Virus record (IMG/VR): IMGVR_UViG_3300028844_003737
Span: 10,388 to 74,387 of that record
DNA: 64,000 nucleotides
DNA from: a virus
Reading direction: 5' to 3' (one strand)
Under the pieces are notes generated by a model that did not search any database, was not told where the DNA came from, and saw only the letters and a program-made list of their open reading frames with translations. Each line of letters starts with the position of its first letter. Within the stretch, counting starts at the first letter, position 1. This document shows positions 9,291 through 18,166 of this stretch, one piece after another. A program made the position numbers and the translations under genes.

Positions 9291-9535
9291 TGAAAACAGC
9301 TAAATACTTTAGTGCTGTTTGGTGTGGGCCTTGTAAACAATTCAAGCCTATAATGGAAGAGTTATCTAATGAAGGATATAATATAGAGTTTATAGATGGT
9401 GATGAGAACAAACAAATGGCTATTGATGCTAATATTCGTTCAGTACCAACAACGCTTATTATGGATGGTGATAAAGAAGTAAATCGTATTGTCGGTGTGA
9501 GGAGTAAAGAAGAAATGATCAAGGAACTTTCATAA
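9290..9535 (+). CDS. trxA: thioredoxin
   Basis: FSAVWCGPCK active site; IRSVPT cis-Pro motif. Confidence 0.9.
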   Translation: MKTAKYFSAVWCGPCKQFKPIMEELSNEGYNIEFIDGDENKQMAIDANIRSVPTTLIMDGDKEVNRIVGVRSKEEMIKELS

Positions 9536-10128
9536 TGGTATTAGATAGTTTATTGGCTGGTGTAATGCTGTTCAGTTCTTTTGCTGCTCGTACGCCAAAT
9601 GTACAGCCCAATCCTGATGATTATGAAGTTAGTGTTGGAATAAGTAATGATAATTTTTATGCTAACAGACAATGGGAAAGAGAACTTGGCGAGTTCTATA
9701 TAGATGATTTGTTTTGGTATAAGTTTGACAATGGTATTTATTTCAAACCTGAGTATATGGATAAACAAAGTCAAGATGTAAGGTATCTCAAAATTGATGC
9801 AAGACGAAGTTTTAAAGATTGGTCTTTTGGTTTTACAAGTCGTAACACAAATAAAGATGTATTCAGTAGAAACTTCGTAACATTCGTATCCTTTGGTATG
9901 TCTAAAAAGAAAAAGTATTACAATGATAAAATAGAAGTTGAGGCTACATTTGATGGGTATTTTCCACCAAACGAAGAAGATGGTAGAGATGTATTTGAAT
10001 TTGAAGATAAATTCAAAGTATCATATAAAATAACAGAGAAACTTAGGTTGTATAACGTAGGTGAAATATCCAAACTTCAAGGTAACGAATTTTATAAGGC
10101 TAAGATAGGTTTTGAATATTCTTTGTAA
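9535..10128 (+). CDS. putative outer-membrane beta-barrel protein
   Basis: Signal-like N-terminus, alternating aromatic beta pattern, C-terminal KAKIGFEYSL resembling an OMP beta-signal. Confidence 0.5.
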   Translation: MVLDSLLAGVMLFSSFAARTPNVQPNPDDYEVSVGISNDNFYANRQWERELGEFYIDDLFWYKFDNGIYFKPEYMDKQSQDVRYLKIDARRSFKDWSFGFTSRNTNKDVFSRNFVTFVSFGMSKKKKYYNDKIEVEATFDGYFPPNEEDGRDVFEFEDKFKVSYKITEKLRLYNVGEISKLQGNEFYKAKIGFEYSL

Positions 10129-10164
10129 TTGATTATATTTATTAGTATCTAATGGAGAACTCAT

Positions 10165-10479
10165 GTGGGTGAAAAAGATTTGGTAACTAAAGATGCTAGA
10201 CAAAATCAAAAACATTTTATAAATGTAAAATTAGTAGATCTAATTGAATACAGACAATCACGAAAGTGGTATGTTAGTATTGCTGTTGTAGGTATGTTTG
10301 CTGTAATACTCATACTTATGATTTATTTTATGAGCCAAGGTAAAGATGTTACCGATGGATGGAAGGAAATTCTCTTACTAATGTTAGGTGGATTTGTTGG
10401 TTCATTTGCTAAGGTAATAGACTTCTGGTTCAATAATCAAGAGAATGATAATAAACTCTTAGAACACGCAGACGACTAA
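10165..10479 (+). CDS. two-TM membrane protein, holin candidate
   Basis: Two hydrophobic helices, LLLMLGGFVGSFAKVIDFWF; GTG start after GGAG; upstream of endolysin. Confidence 0.6.
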   Translation: MGEKDLVTKDARQNQKHFINVKLVDLIEYRQSRKWYVSIAVVGMFAVILILMIYFMSQGKDVTDGWKEILLLMLGGFVGSFAKVIDFWFNNQENDNKLLEHADD

Positions 10480-11132
10480 TGAATATTGCTACGTTAGCTG
10501 GTCATCTAGCATTTGGACTCATTGGTTTTTCATTCTTAGTCAAAGATATATTTTGGCTTAGAATGGTATCTATAGCTGCGAGTTTATTCTCAGTATTTTA
10601 TAACTACACCATTCCAACTGAACCAATGTGGTTAGCTATCAATTGGAACTTTATTTTTATCGCAGTAAATGCTTATCATATAGGAGTTATTTTATATGAG
10701 AAGCGAGCGGTAAAGATGGACTCTAAAAACGAAGAGTTATACCAAACCTTATTTAGTGAGATGACTCCAGTAGAATATCTAAAAGTTAGTAGAGCAGCTA
10801 AATGGGAGACAGTAAAATCAGGAGAACGGCTCATAACACAAGGTATGCCAGTTCCTGATTTGTATCTTATATATAATGGTACAGTAGATGTATTGGTTGA
10901 TAACAGCACAATAGCTCAACTAAAAGATGGAGAGTTTGTTGGTGAGATGTCTTTCCTCACAGAAAAAGTAGCTACAGCAACCTGTAAAGTAAAATACGAT
11001 GCAATATGTTTGGTTTGGAAACAAAGAGAATTTAAGGAATTACTAAAGCGTAATCCGTCACTATACTTTACTATACAATCTGTATTATCAGCGCAGGTAT
11101 CAGATAAGTTAGTAAGTAGTACAAAGAAATAG
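10479..11132 (+). CDS. Popeye-domain-like membrane protein with cyclic-nucleotide-binding domain
   Basis: Three N-terminal TMs (DIFWLR...WNFIFIAVN) then cNMP fold LITQG...LYLIYNGTVDV...GEFVGEMSFL...ATATC. Confidence 0.85.
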   Translation: MNIATLAGHLAFGLIGFSFLVKDIFWLRMVSIAASLFSVFYNYTIPTEPMWLAINWNFIFIAVNAYHIGVILYEKRAVKMDSKNEELYQTLFSEMTPVEYLKVSRAAKWETVKSGERLITQGMPVPDLYLIYNGTVDVLVDNSTIAQLKDGEFVGEMSFLTEKVATATCKVKYDAICLVWKQREFKELLKRNPSLYFTIQSVLSAQVSDKLVSSTKK

Positions 11133-11141
11133 GAGATAATA

Positions 11142-11618
11142 ATGTTGACTAAATTTGACGATATAATAGAAGTAGTATTACACCACGAAGGTGGTTATGT
11201 AAATGACCCAAAAGATCCTGGCGGAGAGACTAATTTTGGTATAGCTAAAAGAAGTCATCCTGATGTGGATATAAAAAATCTAACCAAAGAAGGTGCTAAA
11301 GAAATTTATTATGAAACATATTGGTGTGATAATAAAGTACCTCATATGCCAGAAAACCTAAAGCATATTTACTTTGATATGTGTGTTAACCAAGGTAGAG
11401 GGCGAGCAGTAAAGATATTACAGATAGCAGCTAACGCTAAAGGAGCAGATTTGAAAGTAGATGGTGGTATGGGTCCTAAAACTATCGCTGCTATGAGTGG
11501 AGTTGAGTTGGATAGAGTGAGAGCATATCGTGTTAAGTACTATGCTGATTTAGTTACCCGTAAACCAGATTTAGAAAAATTTTACTTTGGGTGGTTCAGA
11601 AGAGCACTGGAAGTTTAA
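11142..11618 (+). CDS. endolysin, glycoside hydrolase family 108
   Basis: HEGGYVNDPKDPGGETNFGI, YFDMCVNQG, VDGGMGPKT, FYFGWFRR. Confidence 0.92.
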   Translation: MLTKFDDIIEVVLHHEGGYVNDPKDPGGETNFGIAKRSHPDVDIKNLTKEGAKEIYYETYWCDNKVPHMPENLKHIYFDMCVNQGRGRAVKILQIAANAKGADLKVDGGMGPKTIAAMSGVELDRVRAYRVKYYADLVTRKPDLEKFYFGWFRRALEV

Positions 11619-11668
11619 TAAAAAAATAATTGTATATAAATAAAGTTTATGATATTTATATATAAGTT

Positions 11669-11862
11669 TCATACATACCAAAAGGATGGGGAGCATAGAT
11701 AGATAACAGGGGACAACAATTGTTTCAGACAGTGATGAGATACCCGCTCTACTTTTGGGAAGTATGACAAAAGAATTATGTTGCTCTATAAGAGAACATA
11801 TGTAAAACGAATATCAAGGTTCAAATGAAATTGATATTCATAGTTGACTAATGTAACTAAAA
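11669..11862 (+). promoter_or_regulatory. multi-hairpin structured leader or small RNA upstream of Hsp20
   Basis: TCATAC/GTATGA, CCAAAAG/CTTTTGG and GAGC/GCTC form a rod; further hairpins include GAATATCAA/TTGATATTC. Confidence 0.5.
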
Positions 11863-11875
11863 TAGGAGAAATAAA

Positions 11876-12349
11876 ATGACTAAAGTTACTTTACACGGAA
11901 TACCCGTAATCGATAGAGATTCCTTTCTAACACCCTTTGACAAAATGTTTGATGACATCATAGGAAAATCATTTCCTGAAATCAACAAGCAAGTCGGAGT
12001 AAATCCTTTTCAAGGTACAGCATACCCAAAAGTAAATGTATATGAATTTGATGAAAAGGTAGCCGTAATTGCTGAAATACCTGGTCTTGATAAGAAAGAC
12101 CTAAATGTTGAAGTTGAGGATGGCGTACTTACTATAGCTGGTGAAAAGCATAACGGATTGATTGATGAAGCTAAAGCTAAAGTTCTCAGAAGAGAATTGA
12201 AGCAATCATCTTTCAAACGATCTTTTACCTTGGGTGATCTATTAGATGGGGAAAGTATTACAGCAGACTTCAAAGATGGCATTCTATCCGTAGATATACC
12301 AAAGATAGAGCCCGAACTCCCAAAGAAGAATATTGTCAAAATTAGGTAA
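11876..12349 (+). CDS. small heat shock protein Hsp20/alpha-crystallin
   Basis: PKVNVYE, AEIPGLDKKDL, LTIAGEK, FKRSFTL, ADFKDGILSVDIPK. Confidence 0.95.
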   Translation: MTKVTLHGIPVIDRDSFLTPFDKMFDDIIGKSFPEINKQVGVNPFQGTAYPKVNVYEFDEKVAVIAEIPGLDKKDLNVEVEDGVLTIAGEKHNGLIDEAKAKVLRRELKQSSFKRSFTLGDLLDGESITADFKDGILSVDIPKIEPELPKKNIVKIR

Positions 12350-12539
12350 TAAACTTATTACCTTAGGCAATGACCTGTATATCGTTCTTGGAACGGTATC
12401 GGCATCTTCTGGTTTTACTGGTGAAAAAATTAAAAGTATGTGGAGATTAGCTGATACCGTTCTAAAGAACGGCTCAAATCACGATGAATTATATGTTTGT
12501 CAAAAAATACAAGAAGCTGAATATTTGGACATTAATTAG
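12333..12539 (+). CDS. hypothetical protein
   Basis: ORF overlapping Hsp20 end. Confidence 0.6.
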   Translation: MSKLGNKLITLGNDLYIVLGTVSASSGFTGEKIKSMWRLADTVLKNGSNHDELYVCQKIQEAEYLDIN

Positions 12540-12578
12540 GTTTTACATATTTATTACTAATAAATAGGAGATTACCCG

Positions 12579-13466
12579 ATGTTTGAATCATCAAAATCAT
12601 TTCATAAGTTAGTAGGATTTTCAGCATTAGCAATAGCTGGGAGCGCTGCTTTCTTTTCGGTTTTTGGGTTATCAAAATTATTTGCTGGTGCTCAATTTGC
12701 TGTAGTTATAATGGCTGGTTCATTAGAATTTGGTAAGTTAGTAGCAGCATCGTTTTTATATAGATATTGGGAAAGAATCAATATCATGCATAAAACTTAT
12801 ATGACAATAGCAACCATCATACTCGTACTGATAACATCTGCTGGCATATTTGGATTTTTATCCAATGCTTATCAAGGTGCTACAGTAGGATTTGAAAAGG
12901 AATCTACTGCATTGATATATAAGGAAGATAGGTTAGACCAATTACAAGATGACAAAAAATTTCTGAAAGAGGAATTAGAAGCAGCTGTAAGTGAACTACC
13001 TGAAAACTATCGTACTGCTAAAAGAAAACTAAGAGAAGAGTATCAACCAAAAATAAATCAAATCAATACTGATATGATGAATTTGAAGTCTGATATTGGA
13101 GATTTAAAAATAGCACTAGTAGAAACAGGAGTAGAAGTAGGACCAGCTATTTATTTAGCTAGGGTATTCGACACCGATGTAGATACAGTAGTGAAATTTT
13201 TTATCTTTGTTCTTATCTTTGTTTTTGATCCAATGGCAGTTCTTTTTGTTATTAGTTACAATGTTATTTTAGAAAAAGATAATATTACACCTACACCAAA
13301 AAAGAAAAATAAAAAAAGATGGTGGGAAGTATATGGTGAAAGTGCTAAACAAAAAAAGAAAGAATGGAAAGATAACATAAAATCTACAGTTAGTAACGAT
13401 GAACGATTCGATACAAAACCTAAAGAAGACCCTGTCCAATCAAGACAAGGAAGAAAAATAATATAA
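12579..13466 (+). CDS. membrane protein with coiled coil (phage hypothetical)
   Basis: Three N-terminal TMs, coiled coil, C-terminal TM with IFVFDPMA; RBS AGGAG. Confidence 0.8.
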   Translation: MFESSKSFHKLVGFSALAIAGSAAFFSVFGLSKLFAGAQFAVVIMAGSLEFGKLVAASFLYRYWERINIMHKTYMTIATIILVLITSAGIFGFLSNAYQGATVGFEKESTALIYKEDRLDQLQDDKKFLKEELEAAVSELPENYRTAKRKLREEYQPKINQINTDMMNLKSDIGDLKIALVETGVEVGPAIYLARVFDTDVDTVVKFFIFVLIFVFDPMAVLFVISYNVILEKDNITPTPKKKNKKRWWEVYGESAKQKKKEWKDNIKSTVSNDERFDTKPKEDPVQSRQGRKII

Positions 13467-13472
13467 AAAAAA

Positions 13473-13525
13473 CTGGAAATAAATGCATAAAGTCCTTGAC
13501 TTGCATTGCATTTTAATGTTAGCTT
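13473..13525 (+). promoter_or_regulatory. repeated early promoter
   Basis: Same CTGGAAATAAATGCATAAAGTCC upstream block; TTGACT(13496)-N18-TAGCTT(13520). Confidence 0.75.
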
Positions 13526-13548
13526 TAGACATAATGCGGAGACAATAT

Positions 13549-14079
13549 ATGATAAAAACAAAAACAGCAATTACTGCTGTAGTAGCAGTAACTTTAGTAA
13601 ACGGAATTTTTTCGACTAATATGTTTGAGTCTTACAAAAATATGTACTCAGGTAAGATAGAACATTTAGAGAAAGAAAATCAGATTCTAAAAGATGAACT
13701 ATCTCATTATGATGAATATGGTATTGTAGTAGATGTAACTATGTATCAACCAAATACTATTCAATGTGATGATACGCCAGACGTTACTGCTGATGGAACT
13801 AAGATTCGTATCAGTAAAGCATCAGATTATAAGTTTGTTGCTTTATCCCGTAACTTACTAAAACGATGGGGTGGGCCTTTTGATTATGGTGATTTTATAT
13901 TACTCAAAGGTGCTGACAAAAAAAGTGGTGTATACCAAGTAAGAGATACTATGAATCCTAAATGGGTAAATGTAGTAGATATTTTAGAATCAGAGCATGT
14001 AGAACCTTACAAATATACAGATGCTCATATATTTAAATTGAACTGGATAACAAACAAAAAGGAAACAACGAATGGCTAA
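13549..14079 (+). CDS. 3D-domain (MltA-like) peptidoglycan hydrolase with N-terminal anchor
   Basis: VTMY...TADG...VALSR...VRDTM...VDIL; start moved to ATG after GGAG. Confidence 0.75.
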   Translation: MIKTKTAITAVVAVTLVNGIFSTNMFESYKNMYSGKIEHLEKENQILKDELSHYDEYGIVVDVTMYQPNTIQCDDTPDVTADGTKIRISKASDYKFVALSRNLLKRWGGPFDYGDFILLKGADKKSGVYQVRDTMNPKWVNVVDILESEHVEPYKYTDAHIFKLNWITNKKETTNG

Positions 14080-14503
14080 AAGTACATTTGAAAAGAACGG
14101 TGGTTACTTCATTGATGGAGTAGCGTATATGGATTGCAAAGTAACAGGTGAGCCTGTTGCTAATGTGAGTACAGAAGCAGCATCTGTAATAGGTAGTAGG
14201 GCTGTGATGGGTATGGTAGGAATGCCAGACGAACCTAAACAAAAAGTATCAACCGGCAGACCTGCTGGCTGGCATTTTATGAATGAGTTCGTAGATAAAG
14301 ATGGTAATGTGTTTCATAAAGGTAAAGAACAAAAAAAGTTGAAAGGTACTTTACCACCTACTAAGGTGAAACCGGCTAAGAAAAAAACAAAACGTAGGAC
14401 TAAACAAGAAATACTTGTTGCTAGACAGGCTGAAAAGAAAGCTGCTTTGAAGAAAGCTGTACAACAACAGAAGGACTTTATCAATCATAAACTTGGTAAG
14501 TAA
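14072..14503 (+). CDS. basic hypothetical protein
   Basis: GRPAGWHFMNEFVDKDGNVFHKG, Lys-rich tail; RBS AAGGA. Confidence 0.75.
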   Translation: MAKSTFEKNGGYFIDGVAYMDCKVTGEPVANVSTEAASVIGSRAVMGMVGMPDEPKQKVSTGRPAGWHFMNEFVDKDGNVFHKGKEQKKLKGTLPPTKVKPAKKKTKRRTKQEILVARQAEKKAALKKAVQQQKDFINHKLGK

Positions 14504-15141
14504 TGTTATCAGAGGACTTTCTGTTGGAAAGAGGGTATTGTTGTGGGCACGGATGTTTGATGTGCCCATACATCCCAAAACATAAAAAGGATAATACAGT
14601 AGTTATGAAAAAAGTTATAGATTGTTATCAAAATGAAAATCCAATAATAAATAAAGAACTCAGAGAAGTATCAGTAAACGAAGGCTTAGAAATTGCTACT
14701 GAACTATTTCAGATACTAAATAAAAGAGGAGATGGTATAGGACTGGCAGCTAATCAAGTTGGTATTGATGCTCAAGTAGCTGTAGTAAATGTTATTGAAC
14801 CATTGATTCTAATCAATCCAAAAATAATTATAAAAGAAAATGAGATACCTTATTACGAAGGATGTTTATCTTTTCCTAAACAAGGTATTCATACTAAAAG
14901 ATATAGAGATATAGTTGTAACCTCCACGCAAACAGACGCTAAGTTAGTATTTGGTGGCTCTGATGATGAGAAGGTAATATTAGAGTCTGTGTGTGTCCAA
15001 CACGAAATAGACCATCTTATGGGTAAAACAATTCATGATAGACAAGTAGATACTACTTATGTTGCTGAAAAGAAACCAGGACGTAACGAACCTTGTCATT
15101 GTGGTTCAGGAAAAAAATATAAAAAATGTTGTATCAGTTAG
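14503..15141 (+). CDS. def: peptide deformylase with N-terminal Cys-rich (DUF5522-like) segment and C-terminal SEC-C motif
   Basis: GIGLAANQVG, EGCLS, QHEIDHL; RGYCCGHGCLMCPY; GRNEPCHCGSGKKYKKCC. Confidence 0.9.
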   Translation: MLSEDFLLERGYCCGHGCLMCPYIPKHKKDNTVVMKKVIDCYQNENPIINKELREVSVNEGLEIATELFQILNKRGDGIGLAANQVGIDAQVAVVNVIEPLILINPKIIIKENEIPYYEGCLSFPKQGIHTKRYRDIVVTSTQTDAKLVFGGSDDEKVILESVCVQHEIDHLMGKTIHDRQVDTTYVAEKKPGRNEPCHCGSGKKYKKCCIS

Positions 15142-15680
15142 AATTATTTGATATAGATAAAAGTGATTTACAAGTAAAGGATGAAGTAAATGTCTATTTA
15201 GATTATTTACAAACGCCAAACGAAGCATTTAGTGGAATGCCAGTATGTCCTTTTCTAAAAGCTGAATTACAAAGTTATAAACTTATGATAGAGGTTTGGA
15301 GACCTGGTGAAAAACCACTAAACGAATTATGGAGAAAGTTCTTCGATTCAGATTTTACTTCAGCAGTATTTATATGTATGGATACAGAAGAACTAAAATG
15401 GAAAGATGTACCAAGAGATTCTTATCAGAAAAGTATACAAGGATTTCTAAAGAATTGGTCTGATGAAAGTAGAAAATATAAAGCAATATTATTTTCACCT
15501 TTTGAAGAAAGAACAGCAGCTGGTGAGTCTACTAGAAAAAAGTCGCCATACTTTCTTATAAATGTAGCTACAAGAGAAGAGTTACATTTATCACATACAA
15601 AATTATTAGACAGTAAATATTTCGATAACTTCTCAGAAGAGGAATTGAAAAAACTAAAAGTCAAAAAGGATAAAAAATGA
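15126..15680 (+). CDS. hypothetical protein (CPF motif, DUF1415-like)
   Basis: PVCPFLKAE...SPYFLINV. Confidence 0.6.
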   Translation: MLYQLELFDIDKSDLQVKDEVNVYLDYLQTPNEAFSGMPVCPFLKAELQSYKLMIEVWRPGEKPLNELWRKFFDSDFTSAVFICMDTEELKWKDVPRDSYQKSIQGFLKNWSDESRKYKAILFSPFEERTAAGESTRKKSPYFLINVATREELHLSHTKLLDSKYFDNFSEEELKKLKVKKDKK

Positions 15681-16033
15681 AAAGAATAAATCTAACAGTA
15701 ATTCATATAATAATTGCTTTAGTAGCAGTAATGTTTGGTAGTCTAAAGGGACAGCAAAATCCTATATTACTATCAGAGAAGCCTGAAATAATAGCGTACA
15801 GATTAGTTCCGTCTTGGGACGTTCATTGTCAAATAAAAATAGAAATTGTAGAGGGGTTAGGTTGGGACAATCTACATAAACCTCAAATGGAAGAGACTAT
15901 GGAAGTTATTATGGATAGAATAGTATTTGAAGAAACCAATAGATATGCTATGAGAGAAATGTTTTATGTAGACAATAAACCTTATTATTTAGTTAGATTA
16001 CCTTTTACGGATGGACAACAATGGGCAGACTAG
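15677..16033 (+). CDS. secreted/membrane hypothetical protein
   Basis: Hydrophobic N-terminus; RBS AAGGA. Confidence 0.65.
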   Translation: MKRINLTVIHIIIALVAVMFGSLKGQQNPILLSEKPEIIAYRLVPSWDVHCQIKIEIVEGLGWDNLHKPQMEETMEVIMDRIVFEETNRYAMREMFYVDNKPYYLVRLPFTDGQQWAD

Positions 16034-16326
16034 GAAAGTGGGATACGGTTGAACGTAAAAAAAGAATAAAAACTTATTCAAAACAAGACGAATTTTTTGA
16101 TTATTTGAAAATAGCATTATACTTATTATTGACATATCTATATTTTCATTTTATAATAATGGGATGGCATTTATGATTACAAAAAGATACATAGAAAGTA
16201 TCATAAAAGATTTAGATATAGGGATGTATCTTCTAAAGATACAGTTCTATTTAGCATTAGTATTTAGTTATATTGCTAAATCTATATACTCTATATTTTT
16301 TTATAAACAAAAGAAAAAGAAAGATT

Positions 16327-16650
16327 ATGAAGAAGAATTATTTATCTAATAAATACTTTATTTTAGCAAAGTCATTTCTGTATGGCATGGGTACATTTGT
16401 ATTAGTTGGATTTTTACTTAGCTTACCTATGATGCTTTTATGGAATTGGCTAATGCCATTTATATTTGGATTACCAGAACTCACTATACTACAGACATTT
16501 GGATTTTCTATGTTGGTAAATATGTTTACAACAAAGTTAGACATAAATACTGATGTAACGGGTGGGGTATCTAATTTATCAAACATACCATCTCTTGCAA
16601 AAAAATATTTTGATTTACGAAATGATTTAGAAGAAAAATTGACTAAGTAA
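16327..16650 (+). CDS. membrane hypothetical protein
   Basis: PMMLLWNWLMPFIFGLPELTILQTFG; two TMs. Confidence 0.7.
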   Translation: MKKNYLSNKYFILAKSFLYGMGTFVLVGFLLSLPMMLLWNWLMPFIFGLPELTILQTFGFSMLVNMFTTKLDINTDVTGGVSNLSNIPSLAKKYFDLRNDLEEKLTK

Positions 16651-16684
16651 CATATTTATATCCATCAAGTCGGAGAAATGTAAT

Positions 16685-16816
16685 ATGGATATGGATTGGA
16701 TACTAAACACATTGAAAGAAGCTAGAGATGACGAAGATTGGGATTTAGTAAGAGAAGTGATTTCTTATATTGAACAATATTCAGAAATGGCTGATGAATC
16801 TTGGATGGGCGAGTAG
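16685..16816 (+). CDS. small, very acidic protein (43 aa)
   Basis: MDMDWILNTLKEARDDEDWDLVREVISYIEQYSEMADESWMGE*; RBS GGAGA; ATATTTATA upstream at 16652. Confidence 0.6.
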   Translation: MDMDWILNTLKEARDDEDWDLVREVISYIEQYSEMADESWMGE

Positions 16817-16831
16817 AAATATAATTACCAC

Positions 16832-16938
16832 TTTAGCCAGAGGGAAGTTAGTGGATAAAGAAACTGCCAGTTAGTCTATCTGAACAAATAGGCCTATGGT
16901 TGGTTACTGGTGACTACCGAACGTGGAACCAGGCTAAA
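16832..16938 (+). ncRNA. candidate small structured RNA
   Basis: Closing helix TTTAGCC/GGCTAAA; inner CCAGT/ACTGG and GTCTAT/ATAGGC; more GC-rich than flanks. Confidence 0.35.
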
Positions 16939-17031
16939 ATTACAGGAGATATAAATGGGAACAATGCTACTAATATTCGTAATATTTCATTGTGTTTTTA
17001 TGTCATTACTTTTTATTTATATGGATGACTA

Positions 17032-17439
17032 ATGGCTAGTATATTATTACCACCAGCAATAGCAGCTAAAGGATTTATTGATGCGGCTATACCAATCAAT
17101 GTTACTGCTACAGCTGCTTTGGCTGGATATGGAGCTGCTATCGTACCAGCAGTTACAGCTATAACATCCGCTGGTACATCAATTGGAATTATACAGACTA
17201 CTCTTTTACCAAGCGGAGCAATACAACCACCAGCTAAAATTGGACTAAATACTACAGCAACTATTTTAGCTCAGATAGCTACTATACAAGGAACCATAGT
17301 CGCTACTATACCACAATCTGTTGCTGTTGCGGGAGCACCATCACCATCATTTCCAGCATCAGCCGCTTTAGTCGGAACACAATTAGCAACATTATCGGCT
17401 GCTATATTCACTACTCTAATAACACCACAAACAGTATAA
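17032..17439 (+). CDS. Ala/Thr/Ile/Pro-rich, nearly uncharged protein
   Basis: 135 aa ORF with only 2 Lys and 1 Asp; TATTTATA upstream at 17014. Confidence 0.7.
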   Translation: MASILLPPAIAAKGFIDAAIPINVTATAALAGYGAAIVPAVTAITSAGTSIGIIQTTLLPSGAIQPPAKIGLNTTATILAQIATIQGTIVATIPQSVAVAGAPSPSFPASAALVGTQLATLSAAIFTTLITPQTV

Positions 17440-17452
17440 AAAATAAAAAAAT

Positions 17453-17494
17453 CTGGACTTTTTGCTTGTATCTTAGCAAATTTATTCGTAGCTT
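17453..17494 (+). promoter_or_regulatory. repeated early promoter
   Basis: TTGTAT(17466)-CTTAGCAAATTTATTCG-TAGCTT(17489). Confidence 0.8.
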
Positions 17495-17517
17495 TATATG
17501 TTATGAAAGGGATAAAT

Positions 17518-18030
17518 ATGAAAGATAAAAAAACAATAATATTTGATTTGGATGGGACTCTTGCTGATATCGATATTCGTAGGGATAAATCTCTCAAACC
17601 TAATGGTAAATTAGATTGGAAGATATTTGCTTCACCTACTTCTATTATGGATTGGGATAAACCAAATTTACCAGTAATCAAAATGGCTCAAATGTTCAAA
17701 GCTGATGGATTCAAAATTGTAATCTTCTCAGGTAGAAATGATAGGGCTTTCTATGCTACTAAAGATTGGTTGAAAATTCACAATGTACCATTTGATTTGT
17801 TAGTGATGAGGCCTGATAAGTTCAAAGCTGATTCATGGCCAATTGCTATTGGAAATCCAGCTACTAAAGCTATGAGATTTATGCCTGATGAAATCCTAAA
17901 GAAATCTATGTTAGATACCTTTGTTGATATCAATGATGTTTTTCTTGTCGTTGATGATAGAGATAAGGTTGTGAAGATGTGGAGAGATTTGGGATTGAAT
18001 ACATTTCAAGTTGCTCCTGGTGATTTTTGA
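17518..18030 (+). CDS. HAD phosphatase (stand-alone PNKP/PseT 3'-phosphatase-like domain)
   Basis: FDLDGTLA, FSGR, LVMRP, VDDRDKVVKMWR. Confidence 0.88.
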   Translation: MKDKKTIIFDLDGTLADIDIRRDKSLKPNGKLDWKIFASPTSIMDWDKPNLPVIKMAQMFKADGFKIVIFSGRNDRAFYATKDWLKIHNVPFDLLVMRPDKFKADSWPIAIGNPATKAMRFMPDEILKKSMLDTFVDINDVFLVVDDRDKVVKMWRDLGLNTFQVAPGDF

Positions 18031-18166
18031 TGCCGTACTTTTTACTAAAAATTTTTTGGTGGTTTGATGGCATCATCTCACTATTTAAAAATGTAATCTT
18101 TATGATGATGTATAAGAGACATCTAAAAAAGCGAATAGAAAAAAATAACTTTGGAAGAAGAGAGGA

